From Octopus bimaculoides (taxonomy: Eukaryota): a stretch of 64,000 nucleotides of DNA. The translations under genes were made by a program, and so were the position numbers. This document shows positions 51,079-64,000 of this stretch, piece by piece. Within the stretch, counting starts at the first letter, position 1. Each line of letters opens with the position of its first letter. The stretch spans positions 65,249,795 through 65,313,794 of the forward strand of contig NC_068981.1 in assembly GCF_001194135.2 (NCBI RefSeq). Reading direction: 5' to 3'. The notes under the pieces are model-generated. The model made no database searches and was not told the DNA's origin. It worked only from the letters and a program-made list of their open reading frames with translations.

Positions 51079-52197
51079 TTAATATTACAATTAAGTCTCC
51101 TTTTTATCTTATGATTAAAGTTGTTGAAAGCATAACAAACACTTTACAAGCAAGACAAATTATTGTAGATAATTTCCGAAGAAATTTTTGACATCATCCA
51201 TTGAGAAACCTTCCAGAATAAATCCTTATTTTGTTAAACAGTGTTGGATCCACTGAAAGTCAGTAGGGCTGATCACTCAAGTAATGGATATTTCTAAGTA
51301 TCTATTTCAGCTTTTCCTGTCAGTGTGGGATGTCCAACTGGTGTCATTTACAAATCAATAAGATAGATGATTCATTGATGGACACTTGTTTAATATTAAC
51401 TTACAGTGGTGAGTGAGTGCTAAGTCCCAATCATCATATGTGGGTGTTTGTGTGTGGGTGTTTGTGTCTCTGTGTTTGTTGAGTCAACAAGAGGGCTTGG
51501 CGTTCACTAGTCCTATCTACAGATCAGCAGGATTGACTGCCTGTTAGCTTATGATGAGTTCCATGTCTAGCTCATCTTGTGGGGGATGCTAATGAGAAGC
51601 ACTGGATATCATTCTGGTCTTGCATATAAGACATTGGTCTTACATAGAAGTAAACAGATGTGAATACCTTGAATTTGTATGAGCAGCAGTATCCATCAGG
51701 ATACTTCTGTTCATACATGTTCAAGGTTTTTTTTATTTAATTGGATGACAAAAGATAGAATGACTAAAAATAAAAGAAAGATAGGTAAAGAGATAGACAG
51801 AGAAGGAGAAAAAGGAATAGAAAAATTACTTCTCCCAGGTCTGTACAAGCAATGTTGCAGTTTTCAAATAGTCTTTTAATTTGTATTATAGCATACCTAA
51901 CACAGAGATGCATGTGTGAAGGAAGAGTATATGCCTCTGTGTGCATGTATGACTGCATGCATGTCCTGTGTGCATGTGTGTGTGTGTATGATCATATAGT
52001 TATCATGTGCTCATGGTTTGTTTTCATGCATTTCTGTCATAAAACTTAAATGTAGTTAATATTTACTTTTTTATTTTCCAATATTGAAATTTCATTGATG
52101 TTTTCTGCTGAGTGTCACATTTTCTCTTAATGTTTCTATTGGAATATTCTTATGTGCTGTCAAGAGCAAATTAAAAATACCCATTTTAGAAATAAAT

Positions 52198-52235
<38 letters not shown>

Positions 52236-52276
52236 CAATAATTTTCAGCATCTAAAGAGTAATATTTTAAATAGGC

Positions 52277-52438
52277 TTTTGAATATCGATGTACTCTGAA
52301 TATTGATTTCTTAATAGGAGCACATCAGAAATTATATAGTTAATAAGGGAACAGAAATGTGATTCTGAGGTGTTCATGACCTTTCTTTTTCAAGATTGCT
52401 GTTTAGTCCCAAATAACCATGTTCTAGGACTAATCAAC

Positions 52439-52478
<40 letters not shown>

Positions 52479-52652
52479 TTGGTAATTTGCAACCTCTAAA
52501 AGTTTTTTGAATATTGGTGTACATTAGACATTTAGCTGTTAATGTGGGTACAACTGAAATTACATGGTTAATAGGAGTGCAGAAATGAGATTCTGAGACA
52601 TTCATGATAGGCCTTTCTTTTCAAGATTGTTGTTTAGTCCCAGAACGACCAT
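52277..52652. repeat. Diverged ~145-bp direct duplication (period ~230 bp) separated by (CA)n
   Basis: TTTTGAATAT...CAGAAATG(T/A)GATTCTGAG...CCTTTCTTTT(T)CAAGATTG(C/T)TGTTTAGTCCC at 52277-52420 and 52505-52652. Confidence 0.7.
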
Positions 52653-52911
52653 CTCTGAACAAAGCTACCATCAAAGATGTTCCAGCCATGACTATCACAT
52701 CTGTTTTTCAGATGCAATGCATCTATGAACACATTATCTGTATCCTTCCTTTACAGACAGTAGGTTGTGATTTGAGGGAAATTTGGTCATTATTACTAGC
52801 ATTGTTGGCTTAAGTAAAATTACTGTAAAGAGTAATTGAAATTGGGATGTATATTCTGTTTGATTAGAGCTTGTTTCTACCCTGGTATTTTGTCAGGGCT
52901 AAGTGAATCTT

Positions 52912-53258
52912 TTATCTTTTACTTGTTTCTGTCATTAGACTGCAACCATGCTGGGGTACTGCCTTGAAAAATTTTCAGTTGAATGTATTGAGTCCATTTA
53001 TTTATTTTTTTAAAAGCCTAGTACTTCTTCTATCAGGCTCTTTTGCTGAACCGCTATGTTACACACATTCACTAGCACCAGTTGTCAAGCGGTATTTCGT
53101 CTGTCTTTACGTTCTGAGTTCAAATTCCACCGAGGTCTACTTTGCCTTTCATCCTTTCAAGGTTGAGAAATTACATACCAGTTGCGTACTGGAGTCGATC
53201 TAATCGGCTGCACCCCAACCAACCAAATTTTTGGGCCTTGTGCCTAGAGTAGAAAAGA
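52912..53258. mobile_element. SINE A 3' half (minus) directly joined to a 5'-truncated SINE B (plus)
   Basis: Junction at ...GTTGTCAAGCG|GTATTTCGTCTG (~53090); AGCG is shared by both families at this point. Confidence 0.7.
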
Positions 53259-53399
53259 ATACTGTATACTCATATACGTAGTTTTAAATGTAAAACGTGT
53301 GTCATCTTCAATAGAATTTTTTAATTTGTTGTACATGTATATTTTAGCTAACATTTTAATTGCCAGCATCAGTACCCGGTATACATTTAAGATATGGTA

Positions 53400-53480
53400 T
53401 GGTAGAGTATTAAGATGTTTTAAATGAGAAGGAGAAGCGGCTAAAGGGGGTTGATGGTCAAAAAAGTTTGGCGACCCCTG
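53400..53480 (-). mobile_element. hAT (Charlie-like) terminal fragment
   Basis: Reverse complement CAGGGGTCGCCAAACTTTTTTGACC...; flank GTGTAGAG resembles the NTCTAGAN target preference; partner end not found. Confidence 0.5.
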
Positions 53481-53750
53481 GTGTAGAGAATGGGTAGAGT
53501 CACTTTGACTTTCATTTCTTCCACAATCAATAAAAAAATTAAGTACAAGACATTTAAGAGGACTAGTTCAAAGTTCGATTGAAATGATTGTATAGTCACA
53601 GTAGATCATGAAAGACGTATTGTTTCTGCCACTACATTTATCTGAAAGATAATGAATATCACATCAAAACAATACACACACATACATACACCATCATCAT
53701 CATCATCATCATCATTTGACAGCTATTTTCTATACATGCATGGATAGGAC

Positions 53751-53785
<35 letters not shown>

Positions 53786-54192
53786 NNNNNNNNNNNNNNN
53801 NNNNNNNNNNNNNNNNNNNNNNNNNNNNNNNNNNNNNNNNNNNNNNNNNNNNNNNNNNNNNNNNNNNNNNNNNNNNNNNNNNNNNNNNNNNNNNNNNNNN
53901 NNNNNNNNNNNNNNNNNNNNNNNNNNNNNNNNNNNNNNNNNNNNNNNNNNNNNNNNNNNNNNNNNNNNNNNNNNNNNNNNNNNNNNNNNNNNNNNNNNNN
54001 NNNNNNNNNNNNNNNNNNNNNNNNNNNNNNNNNNNNNNNNNNNNNNNNNNNNNNNNNNNNNNNNNNNNNNNNNNNNNNNNNNNNNNNNNNNNNNNNNNNN
54101 NNNNNNNNNNNNNNNNNNNNNNNNNNNNNNNNNNNNNNNNNNNNNNNNNNNNNNNNNNNNNNNNNNNNNNNNNNNNNNNNNNNNNNNNNNNN

Positions 54193-54239
<47 letters not shown>

Positions 54240-54531
54240 CACATGTCTGTACAAATGAAATGGCCAAGAGCTGGACTATTCATTTTTCTCTTGGGATTTA
54301 ATCTTGCAGGTATTTTTGTTGTATACATATTTGAAGCAGTTCACTTATTTCCATACATCAAGCTACTTGGGTGGAATGAAATGAAGACACTAGGTATTGT
54401 GAGAATAACCTCAATGACTGATAGTTTAAGGTCTTATTCTGTAGAAGGAAAATATATTTCTCTTCTTCGTTAAGAACATGTGGCTACATGTAATGAAATT
54501 AGGCATTATTAAGCCATTGAGATTTTATAGG

Positions 54532-54569
<38 letters not shown>

Positions 54570-56155
54570 CCATGTTAAAGCTGCAGTATTTTAACCTCAG
54601 TGTTGAATCACTTCATTCATGAACTAATATGAATATGACATGTTTCATGGTAATACATTGTATCTGACTTGTAGTCTGTGCAAAATAATATTAGTAATTT
54701 CATGTGGGATGGTATATAAAGATTGATTGAAGGTGAAATAAAGAGATATTGCAAGCCTTGTTGTATATCTAATGTTGAGTAAACATCTGTTATATATAAT
54801 ATTTCAGGAATAATTTTTCCACATTTAAGCCACTTATTTAACTGAATGCAACCACAAGAACGTTCATATAGCAAAAGACACACTGATATCATTTTAAACA
54901 TTTTTATTGGAAAAGTTATAACATTTTTGTATAACAGATTCAGTTTTCTAACTTCTAAAGAGTGCACAAAAAATATACTTCTATTCACATCTTCTATTCT
55001 TCTGTCATAGTCTTCATTCTCTGGTGACTTTTGCAGACAGTACACATCCCTATTTTGACCAATGCTCATGGTCCATTCGCATCACATGCATGTACAAGTG
55101 TTGTTGTTTCTGTTAATTACACTGGCTGATGCATTTAGTGTTTAGTACAATTCTTTCTTTTGGCCCACTTGTGCTCAGTTTTCATGCAGTTTATTGTTTA
55201 ACCTTCTTTATGGGCAATGAAGAAATTGCTGATCTTTTTTTTACAGAGAATATTTTTCTTGTTTTTTTTAATAGTTACAAAGTCCTTATATTTTTGGAGA
55301 TGTTTTATTCATGCCTTTTCCATAGGTTGAGTATGTTATCGTATATTGTTATAGAAGCCCCAGGTTGGCTTTCATTGAACAGGTATATGGTTTGCAAATA
55401 GTCAACCAATGGACAAGATGCAACCCTTGAAATCCATCTTCCCAGTTAAACTCTATCTCCACCAATGAGGAAACCTCTGTGCAATTGCTGGACTTGGAAG
55501 AAATTTCAACCAAATCTTCCTTCAAATACTAGCCTATTCTTAAGAACAGGACGGATATTAGTAGCATAGACGAAGTAAACTTGTGTCTAACAAAAATTGG
55601 AGTATCTGTTGGTTTATGGAACACATTTACTTGATAGTGAATAATTCTCTAACTGCTGAAGAGGTTTGGTTAACTGAATGATTATAACACTGTAGCAGAA
55701 ACTTTATTGTATTTAATTTGGAGATTTTGCTATCCTAAGTTCAGTTTCCAGTGGAATCCACTGTGCTTTTCATTTTACAAGGTATCAATAAAATGAGAAT
55801 AAGTATTACACTGTCATTGATTGAATTGAGCTACCTTCTCTCTTTACAAAAGAAAAAATATTAAAAATAAACTGGCTGTATGCCTACTGAAGAACGATAA
55901 ATAGTAATGCAGATAAAGTATGTGAGTATGTTTGTGGGTTGAAATCTGGTAAACTAATTAAAGCAATATCTCCCAGATTATCACTCTATTACTCTTTCTC
56001 TCTCAATGTATAGGTATGCATGTTATATAAATGTAATATATATATATCTTCAAATATTATAGGGCTTTTAATGAATAAACTGCTACATATACCTTTTCTT
56101 CTATTTGTATACACAAATGTGTGCGTGCGTGCGTGTGTGTGTGTGTGTGTGTATG

Positions 56156-56274
<119 letters not shown>

Positions 56275-56454
56275 AAGTTGGATGATGAAAATGAGTGCTC
56301 AACACCACATTGGTGGATATAATTTCTTTGTTTTCCAAAATGGAGGCAAACACTTTTCTCCATGTGATTGGCTTGAAAAATTAAGACACTAGGATATTTT
56401 CCTACTTTTCTTAACATGAAACCAATGGTGGCCTTAATTCACTCACACGCACAT

Positions 56455-56890
56455 CATCATCATCATCATCATCGTTTAACGTCCGCTTTCCATGCTAGCA
56501 TGGGTTGGACGATTTGACTGAGGACTGGTGAAACCGGATGGCAACACCAGGCTCCAATCTAATTTGGCAGAGTTTCTACAGCTGGATGCCCTTCCTAACG
56601 CCAACCACTGACTGTGTAGTGGGTGCTTTTACGTGTCACCCGCACGAAAACGACCACGCTCGAAATGGTGTCTTTTATGTGCCACCCGCACAAGCCAGTC
56701 CAGGGGCACTGGCAATGATCTCACTCGAAAATCCTATGGGAGCCAGTCAGGCGGTACTGGCAACGGCCACGCTCAAAATGGTGCATCTCATGTGCCACCC
56801 GCACTAGAGCCAGTCCAGGGGCACTGGCAACGATCTTACTTGGCTTGCCGGGTCTTCTCACGCACAGCACATTTCCAAAGGTCTCGGTCA
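56455..56890 (-). mobile_element. RTE 3' UTR/tail element, young, with internal tandem subrepeats
   Basis: (CAT)n-CGTTTAACGTCCGCTTTCCATGCTAGCATGGG...; subrepeats ATGTGCCACCCGCAC...GCCAGTCCAGGGGCACTGGCAA at ~56677 and ~56790. Confidence 0.8.
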
Positions 56891-57432
56891 GTACATATAT
56901 ATATATAATTAATGATAAAGAGTATGGGGACTTGTTCATCCACAATTTATTTTATAATTTTATACAGCATATTATAATGACCTACACATGTTTCTACTTC
57001 ACCGCCTACTCACAGTTGTAGATATAAACTAGGATTAAATCCATGCCATAGGTATCCATCTAGATATTGGTGGATGTGAAATCAACTGTTATACATACAG
57101 TTCAGTAGGCCAACAGCAAGTTCAGAATGGTTTCTAGTCCAGCATAGTTTTAACACTCGCGGCCCTTCTTGCTGCGGATCACACAACTATGATGTATGGA
57201 TGGAAGCCTTTATATCATGGTGTCATAATCATGTACTTAATCAGTTGTCCAGTACTTTTCACTTCATCCATTTTTTTTTCTCTGCCATCATCTTCCCCGT
57301 TACACTGTTTCCTAACCTTGCAACAATCATTGAATTCAGTGTAGATGTGTGTACACAAGTGTCTGTGTGTGTATATGGGAGGGTGCACCAAGCTGAAAAT
57401 TTTAAGATTTTTGTATTTATAAAGTGTACATA

Positions 57433-57780
57433 GGTGCAGGCATGGCTGTATAGTTTAGAAACTCTTTTTGCAATCATCTGGTTTTGGGTTCAGTCCCACT
57501 GCACAGTACCTTTGGCAATAGCACCTTCTATTATAGCCCCAGGCTGCCCTGTGCCTTGTGAGGGAATTTGATAGTTGGGAACTGTGTTGAAGCTCATTGT
57601 ATATATGTGTTTGTCCCTACCCCACTGCCTAACAACTGGTGTTGGTTTGTTTATGTCCCCATAATTTAGTGGTTCAGCATAAAAAACCAATAAAATTAAA
57701 TACCAAACTTAGAAAAGTTAGACTAAAACTTTTCAAGGCAATGCCCCAGCATGGTAATAGTCCTATGTCTGGAACAAGGA
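57433..57780 (+). mobile_element. SINE family A, decayed
   Basis: GGTGCAGGCATGGCTGT...GGTTCAGTCCCACTGC...GCCCCAGCATGG. Confidence 0.65.
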
Positions 57781-58165
57781 AAAGAAAGCTGAAGAATATC
57801 AGAATATCACAAAGGACATTTCCTTGGGTCCTGCTGGATGTTCATTTTGCTTGTGTTAATTGGGCTATAAAAGACATTGCCCCTTGGTTGATAATGTATC
57901 AAATGTTAAGACACATAAAATAATTGGCACACCTACACACGCAGGCAGGAAATACTTGCATACATATATGTAGCCCATAGATAAGTGATATACAAGCATA
58001 TAGACAAAGAGTTACACATGCACATGGATGACTGGTATATGCACACATCCACATACATGGACAGGCATGCATATATATATATATATGCACATTCACAGAC
58101 GCATGCACGCATTCAGACATGAGCTCATGTATCCACTCACACACACACGCACTTTCTTGGTCTTG

Positions 58166-58198
<33 letters not shown>

Positions 58199-58714
58199 GA
58201 CTGATCAGATGACTCATGTTGCTCAGTATCTGCATTTATGTACCTTGAGGTCTCTCTTTCTTGCTCTCTCTCTCTCTCACTCTTTCTTTCTTGCCATCCT
58301 TCTCTGTCCCCCCTCCCCCTCCCCCCCCTCTTTTCCTCACTTTCTCGTCGCATCAATTTCTTTATTCATTTCCTTCTCATAAAACTGGTTATCTGGAACA
58401 TGGCAACTGAAATGACATATTTCCTCANNNNNNNNNNNNNNNNNNNNNNNNNNNNNNNNNNNNNNNNNNNNNNNNNNNNNNNNNNNNNNNNNNNNNNNNN
58501 NNNNNNNNNNNNNNNNNNNNNNNNNNNNNNNNNNNNNNNNNNNNNNNNNNNNNNNNNNNNNNNNNNNNNNNNNNNNNNNNNNNNNNNNNNNNNNNNNNNN
58601 NNNNNNNNNNNNNNNNNNNNNNNNNNNNNNNNNNNNNNNNNNNNNNNNNNNNNNNNNNNNNNNNNNNNNNNNNNNNNNNNNNNNNNNNNNNNNNNNNNNN
58701 NNNNNNNNNNNNNN

Positions 58715-58771
<57 letters not shown>

Positions 58772-59711
58772 CACACACACACACACACAGACATACATAG
58801 GAATATAGTTTGATAGAAATATATGTACATGCACTTATACACAGACTTGAATATCTATTGCAGTGGGAATATTGGCAGTTTAAAAATAGTGGGTGAAGAT
58901 AAAAATGTTGTTAGGGGCTTAGGGTGGATAAACTGAGGCTTAGATTTATTTAGGGATTCAAAAAGGCTCTTGACATTGAATAAACAAGAAATTTCTCATC
59001 TGTAAGATGAATTAAGGAAGATAAGGAATTGTGTGTGTGTGTTTTGCACCTTAATTGATGTTGTTAAACCTCTGGTTGACCCTGATCTGGTGATACTATG
59101 GGCAAAGACATTCCAATCATAACAATCTCCATCTGTTATTTAGATACACTGTATCTAGGACTACATTATCCAATTCATCACATACAAGCAAGTATGATCG
59201 GGAGGAGTTTTGACTGCTATTTCTAGCAGGTCAAGTGGTCATATAGAGGCTCCATCATTAGTACCAGGAGCTCTCTCTCTCTCTCTTTATTTCTTTATCT
59301 ATTCATTCATTTTGCTATTTCAATTGAAGTGTCACAAATAACCAAATAAAGTAATCTATATACATTCCAGAATATTTTTTGATATTCTTTCTCCAGCCCC
59401 TCCCCCTAGCTCTTTATTCATTTTTACTTTCTGTTCACCATGCTTTTTTTTAAGAAGTTAAGAAAATCCATGTCCAATGCTTGCCTCATTCAAATAGAAC
59501 TGATACTTTGTTCCTTTAGCAAAGCGGAAGATACTACAACACTGTGTTAAATTGTCTCATACATCTATAATCATATCCTTTGTATCTAATAACAGTTTGT
59601 AAACTGTTGCTTAATGATCTACATACAAGTCAGTCCAAATGTTTTAGTTGACAGGAAGTTATCTTGTAACCTAAGTGTGTTGATGTCACGATATTTCTTC
59701 TGTTTATGATG

Positions 59712-60155
59712 GTGAGCTGGCAGAATCGTTCGCATGCCAGGCAAAATGCTTAGCGGCATTTAATCTTTCTTTACATTCTGAGTTCAAATTCCTCCATGGT
59801 TGACTTAGTTGTTTATTCTTTCAGGGTTAATAAAATTAGTGACAGTTGAGCACTGGAGTTGTTGTAATTGACTTACCCCACAACCCTCAAATGCTGACCT
59901 TGTGCCAAAAATTTTAAACAAATATTACTTCTGTTATCTTTCCCTTTTCTACTCTAGGCACAAGGCCCAAAATTTTTGGGGAGGGGGCCAATCGATTAGA
60001 TCGACACCAGTATGCAACTGGTACTTAATTTATCGACCCCCAAAAGGATGAAAGGCAAAGTTGACCTCAGCGGAATTTGAACTCAAAGCGTAAAGAGACA
60101 AAATACCACTAAGCATTTCACCCAGCATGCTAATGCTTCTGGCAGCTTGCCGCCT
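59712..60155. mobile_element. Tail-to-tail SINE family B pair (+59712-59925, -59955-60155)
   Basis: Both copies carry the family B head and Meta-like block in opposite orientation, ~30 bp apart. Confidence 0.75.
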
Positions 60156-61283
60156 TATTCCGTTACCTTTTCCATCCAAGATGGTGTGTTGTGATAAGGC
60201 TTTAAACAATTTTCTTGGTCTTTATTTTAATATAGCAAGAAATTTTCCATTATCTTACTGACAATAGTTTTAGATTTTACACAAGGCTAATAAATAATGG
60301 GTTACAATGAAGTAGAGTATCGGTGACCTGATCAAAATGATCATAAATGTACTATGAAAAAGACTTTGACACTTAACAATGTATATTATTATTACAACAT
60401 AATAAAATATAATAAAATTGAATATAACATTTGAACGTGTATTTTTAATGGCTATAATAATTCTACTATGATGCAATTGTTTTAGTCCCAACAGACCTCT
60501 CTCAGATCAGTTCTCATTCTAAATAAAGTCTAACTGAAGAAATAAATGTATATTCCCCAGAATCTAACATCAGACAAGTTTAACCTTTTATATTAGTCAG
60601 TCAACTAGTTGTGTTAAACGACTGTACATACCTAACAAAAGAGTCTATATTGAGAAAATATAAAAATAAAAGAAATCTAGTCTTTAATTTACAAGAATAT
60701 TTTTAAAAAAAGCTCCTTTTTTGTTTTTCTAATCCACTCCAAGAAAGTGCCTTGAATTTTACTTAGAGCAATTTAATAACACTTGTCAATAAAATATGTA
60801 TAGAACAATGTGGTTCCAAGATGCTCACTATCACAAAGTATCCCCCACATCCTTTATCAACTTGGCGACTGTGTAAAGAAACTGAAAACCTTTCTTTGGC
60901 TATATTTCGAATATTTATTTTCTAAAGCTAAGCTTAGTACACTTTTTTAACATTAAGCTGTACAGTTTCTGAAACCACTCTTTAAGGAGCAGTAACTGAA
61001 TAGTATTGGTATTTTATCATCTTCACCACCATCACCATCCTCCATCATCATCATCATTTTCATCACCACTACTTGAAAAATATCTGTGATCTGGAAGCAA
61101 CCACATGGAACTAATGAACTATAACCACATAGCTAGCATAGCGAGATATTTTCCATTATTCTCCTAACAATAATTTTACATTTTACATACTTAGTTACCT
61201 TTTATAAGAATTTTGTTTTTCATTTTAGTATATTGATCAAGTACCAATGTATATATCATCATCGTCGTTGATATATACATTGG

Positions 61284-61317
<34 letters not shown>

Positions 61318-62439
61318 TATATATATTTATGATATTGAAATGTGGATATATGCATTCAAACATACAACCTTTCTATAAGATGAAGAGAAATGTTATCCAC
61401 AGCTGAGTTCAGCCAAACATACTATCACACTTAAGTGTTATAATGTTTGTATCTATAGAGTAAAATTAATAAATAAAATAATCTTCAGATTTCTGACACT
61501 TCCATATGTTCTTTTACAAATAAATAATAGCAAATTTTCCATAACTTGAGGTATTCAATTGTAGAATATGAGTTCTTTGGCTAGTAGCATATGGAATTTA
61601 ATGCTTTCCTCAATTCAAGGGCATTGGGTACATCATTCAGATGAAATAGAATCATCATGGAAAGGAAACTGTTGCAGAGTTAATCCATTGATAGCTTATC
61701 TCGTAGTGCATCACACTAGCTACATATCACTTTTGTTTTTCCTTGTTGGCATCATTTGGATGAATTTCCTCAGTATCACATCTAAATCCTGCATTATCTT
61801 CTCTGTGAGAGCCAACTTCCTGTGATTGTCCTCACTAGTCTTTCTTTGTTATGCATTAATATAATATTAAAATGCACTGTTAGTTTTTCTGTTTGTGTGT
61901 GCTGTGTTGTTGACAAAAACACCATTGTGGTGGTAAGATGTTTCAATCAACGTACTCTTAAACACAAGCTTTTTTGCTTGAAATAACTTCCAGTACATTT
62001 CTGAGACTTGGAATCTCAAAACCTTTGTATCGACATGGAAGTACAATTTCTCTCCATTGATGGATGACAGACAATGGAAAAGAATGTGTATGTGAGCAGG
62101 AAGAGGTACACAGACATACATATGAAAATGCACGTACATAATACATATGACTAAGAGAAATGTGTCGGGCATCAAATACACACACACACACACACACTTC
62201 AAATAACAGATTTGATTGCACAAATACACTGGCAAAACATACAGCAACATACATACAAGACCAAGAGACACATATATACACAGGTACATACTATGTGTGA
62301 ATGAACAATATTTTATTGTGAAGAGAGAAAGATATGGGGAAAAAGAGAAAGTAAAACGAAAGTGATGTTCTGTTGATGTAATGATTTGTTTTCATTAAAT
62401 AATTGTGTGTGTGTTTTACACACACACATTATCAGCTTC

Positions 62440-63250
62440 GTGCCCTCACTGTGTCCAAGTGTTGGCTTGCCAAGACATTCTCCAATTCCATCTGGATACG
62501 TCAGCATGGATATAATCAGCCAAGCTCTTGTTTCCAGTCCCTTTGGATGTCATCAGTCTACAAATGTCTTTCAAAGCCTCTTATCTTCTTCCCCCCACAA
62601 CACTTCCTGTCAGAATGGTCTTGAGCAGTGACTCAATATGCATTGCATGTCCAAAATATGATAGCTTTGCAGACTTGATTCTCAACAATAAGTGCCTTTG
62701 CTCTTTCAGCTTTTCTAGTACTACACCATTTATTACCCTATCTTTCCACCTTATCCTGCCCAACCTGCAAAAGATGCACATCTCAAAAGCTTCCACTTTT
62801 TTCTTCATAACCGTACACAGTGTGCAAGTTTCTGCCCTATTGTACACAAATGACATACTATAGCAGTTTACTAGCCTTAATTTTAGATGCAGTTATGTCT
62901 TTAGAAGTGAGAGTATTTTTCATACCTATAAATGTTGTTTTAGCTTTATTTATTCTCTGAATAAATTCTTCACAGTGACCCTCCTGAGTTATTTTTTTTA
63001 TCCTAAATATTTGCTCGAGTATCTGTCCATTTATCTTGATAGTTGCTTCCTTTTGTCTTACTAATAACCATTGTCTTTGTTTATATTCATATTTAGACCT
63101 TTCTTGTCACTTTGTTCTTTTAGAACATCAACAATTTCTTGTACTTTTTCAGAGCTATCTGCTAAAGGAACTGTATCATTTGCTTATATTAAATTCATAC
63201 CATTCATTAGGAGTCCTTTGATTTCACTTGACTCTCTGCTGCATTTTGGT
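62440..63250 (-). mobile_element. RTE-BovB-like LINE, RT C-terminal remnant
   Basis: *ANDTVPLADSSEKVQE (decayed YADD)...KGLNMNINK...AETCTL...KKVEAFEMCIFCRLGRIRWKDRVINGVVL...KLSYFGHAM...ILTGSVVGGRR, the BovB-type ETWTL...EAFEMW..RR...W.D.V.N motif series. Confidence 0.8.
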
Positions 63251-63299
63251 TGTGACAAACCAATGCTAACCTGAGAAAATGAACATAGAATATATATAT

Positions 63300-63650
63300 A
63301 TCATTCATCATCTTCATCGTATAATGCCTGCTTTCCATGCTGGCATGGGTTGAGTGGTTTGACTGAAGACTGGCAAGCCAGTAGGCTGCACCAGGCTCCA
63401 ATCTGATCTGGCAAGGTTTCTACAGCCGGATACCCTTCTTAATGCCAACCACTCTGAGAGTGTAGTAGGTGCTTTTTATGTGCCACCGGCACAGGGGCCA
63501 GTCAGATGGCACTGGCATCGACCACGTTTGAATGGTGGTTTTTACATGCCACCGGCATGGGAACCAGTCAGGCAGCATTGGCATTGGCCACGTTCGGATG
63601 GTGTTTTTTACATGCCACGGGCACAGGGGCCAGTCTGGAGGCAATGGCAT
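63300..63650 (-). mobile_element. RTE 3' tail element with ~3 internal ~65-bp subrepeats
   Basis: Same family as 56455-56890; units start GTG(C/G/T)TTTTTA(T/C)(G/A)TGCCAC at ~63468, ~63536 and ~63601. Confidence 0.8.
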
Positions 63651-63942
63651 AATCCAGGGAAATAATAATTTATTTATTCTTCTCATTAGTTTGTTATCGA
63701 ACTGTTGCTATACTGGAGCACCACCATCAAGAATTTTAGTTCATTATGTTCACCACAACATTTTCTCTGATTACTTACTTTATCACCCTTATATGGTGTG
63801 TAACAGTAATGTTGAACTGAGCATAAAGGGGCATAAACAGCATATAACTCAATTCAAGTATTTCTGTTTAAACAAACCAATTTTGGTATTCTGCACATAT
63901 GTACCTACCTACACACATACACACACACACACACTCTCTCTG

Positions 63943-63981
<39 letters not shown>

Positions 63982-64000
63982 NNNNNNNNNNCTCTCTCTC

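Noticed and set aside
15918-53480. hAT-like left end at ~15918 paired with the right end at 53480 as one giant element
   Set aside because: Flanking 8-mers differ (ACACAGAG vs GTGTAGAG) and the span is implausible.
54310-54393. Phase-1/phase-1 candidate exon GIFVVYIFEAVHLFPYIKLLGWNEMKTL
   Set aside because: Phase fits the 25878 donor, but the donor is weak (GTATTG) and the peptide has no recognisable similarity; such frames arise easily by chance.

Overview
AT-rich eukaryotic draft-assembly sequence with many N gaps, almost all flanked by (TA)n/(CA)n/(CT)n/(AAT)n microsatellites. The repeat content (tRNA-derived SINE families, (CAT)n-tailed RTE LINE ends) points to a coleoid cephalopod, probably Octopus; this is an inference. 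Only one host coding segment is well supported: a ~2.3-kb + strand exon (ATG 23562, likely GTGAGT donor at 25879) encoding a disordered, Tyr/Pro-motif-rich signalling-adaptor-like N-terminus. It sits just downstream of a CpG-retaining, promoter-like zone (~17-23.5 kb). I could not identify its downstream exons. The rest is transposon-derived: a decayed Chapaev3 DNA transposon with both termini and a TTA TSD (13121-15463), a Tc1/mariner (Tc2/pogo-like) shell with nested insertions (9698-12596), Tc1- and piggyBac-type MITEs, RTE, RTE-BovB-like and CR1-type LINE fragments, a Gypsy RT remnant, several Penelope-like remnants and many SINEs. The most striking non-gene signal is a type I hammerhead-ribozyme-like motif (6719-6807, minus strand) with conserved core nucleotides, a minimal palindromic stem III and an unusually long 60-nt stem II; three more degenerate hammerhead-like motifs occur in Penelope-type remnants. 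No CRISPR, rRNA or functional tRNA gene was seen. Most listed ORFs are microsatellite or N-gap artefacts.
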